Sequence record: OP999031.1
Strand: one strand, 5' to 3'
DNA: 5,054 nt
The notes under the pieces were generated by a model. It ran no database searches, had not been told where the DNA came from, and was given only the letters and a program-made list of their open reading frames with translations. The position numbers and the translations under genes are program-made. Below, one piece after another: positions 4,693-5,054 of the stretch; within the stretch, counting starts at the first letter, position 1, and each line of letters starts with the position of its first letter.

Positions 4693-5054
4693 ATGATAAA
4701 AAGAATTGGTGATTTTGTTATTCAAAATGAAGATCCTAGCAAACCGTTATTGACTGTTGACTATGAAAATGCGTTTAGAAAACAATTCAAAATAATACTA
4801 AAAGATGTGATAGAGGAGAAACTAAAGAGAGACAAAAATCCTTACCTCGATATGCCGCTTTGGCTTAATGATGAGAGTGGACAAAAAGTTTTGATTCCTA
4901 CCATTAACCCCTTCATTATGAAAATAACGAGAGATTTTACAAAAGATTTGACAAGCTTTTCAATCTTTGTCATAGAAGGGGAACAAGGTGCTGGAAAAAG
5001 TAGCATGGCATTACAAATCTTGGCAGGGATTTATGGATATTGGCCCGATGATCC
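4693..5054 (+). CDS. P-loop NTPase, 5' part only (runs off the window); possibly a small viral ATPase of the fusellovirus SSV1 B251-like type
   Basis: Not in the ORF track. Manual translation gives MIKRIGDFVIQNEDPSKPLLTVDYENAFRKQFKIILKDVIEEKLKRDKNPYLDMPLWLNDESGQKVLIPTINPFIMKITRDFTKDLTSFSIFVIEGEQGAGKSSMALQILAGIYGYWPDD. A hydrophobic strand is followed by Walker A GEQGAGKS (4978-5001) and a helix. The subfamily call is tentative. Confidence 0.88.
   Translation, partial: MIKRIGDFVIQNEDPSKPLLTVDYENAFRKQFKIILKDVIEEKLKRDKNPYLDMPLWLNDESGQKVLIPTINPFIMKITRDFTKDLTSFSIFVIEGEQGAGKSSMALQILAGIYGYWPDD

Noticed and set aside
1-5054. tRNA, rRNA, CRISPR array, integrase or att site, autonomous transposase
   Set aside because: None recognisable in this window.

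Overview
AT-rich, gene-dense window with no recognisable housekeeping gene. It looks like part of a Sulfolobales (crenarchaeal) virus, plasmid or integrated element: archaeal BRE-TATA boxes sit about 25-30 nt upstream of leaderless ATGs, there is a GGTGA Shine-Dalgarno, and most ORFs are orphans. From left to right: (1) a 356-bp, ~50% GC non-autonomous IS200/IS605-family element (174-529) with both TnpA-type end hairpins and matching guide/cleavage tetranucleotides. Its tnpB is almost entirely deleted, but the internal promoter and the right-end omegaRNA-like scaffold appear to be kept, and the reconstructed empty site is a 12-bp palindrome. (2) A basic beta-rich ORF with possible multiple AbrB/SpoVT-like units, converging on and overlapping (3) a 294-aa ORF that appears to be built of four ribbon-helix-helix (RHH) units arranged as a duplicated pair, co-transcribed with a 118-aa helical ORF. 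(4) A divergent intergenic region with three inverted repeats and tandem TATA boxes. (5) Two coiled-coil/helical ORFs and two small ORFs. (6) The 5' part of a P-loop NTPase gene (Walker A GEQGAGKS) that the ORF track missed because it runs off the window. Protein family calls are by-eye pattern recognition, not database results.
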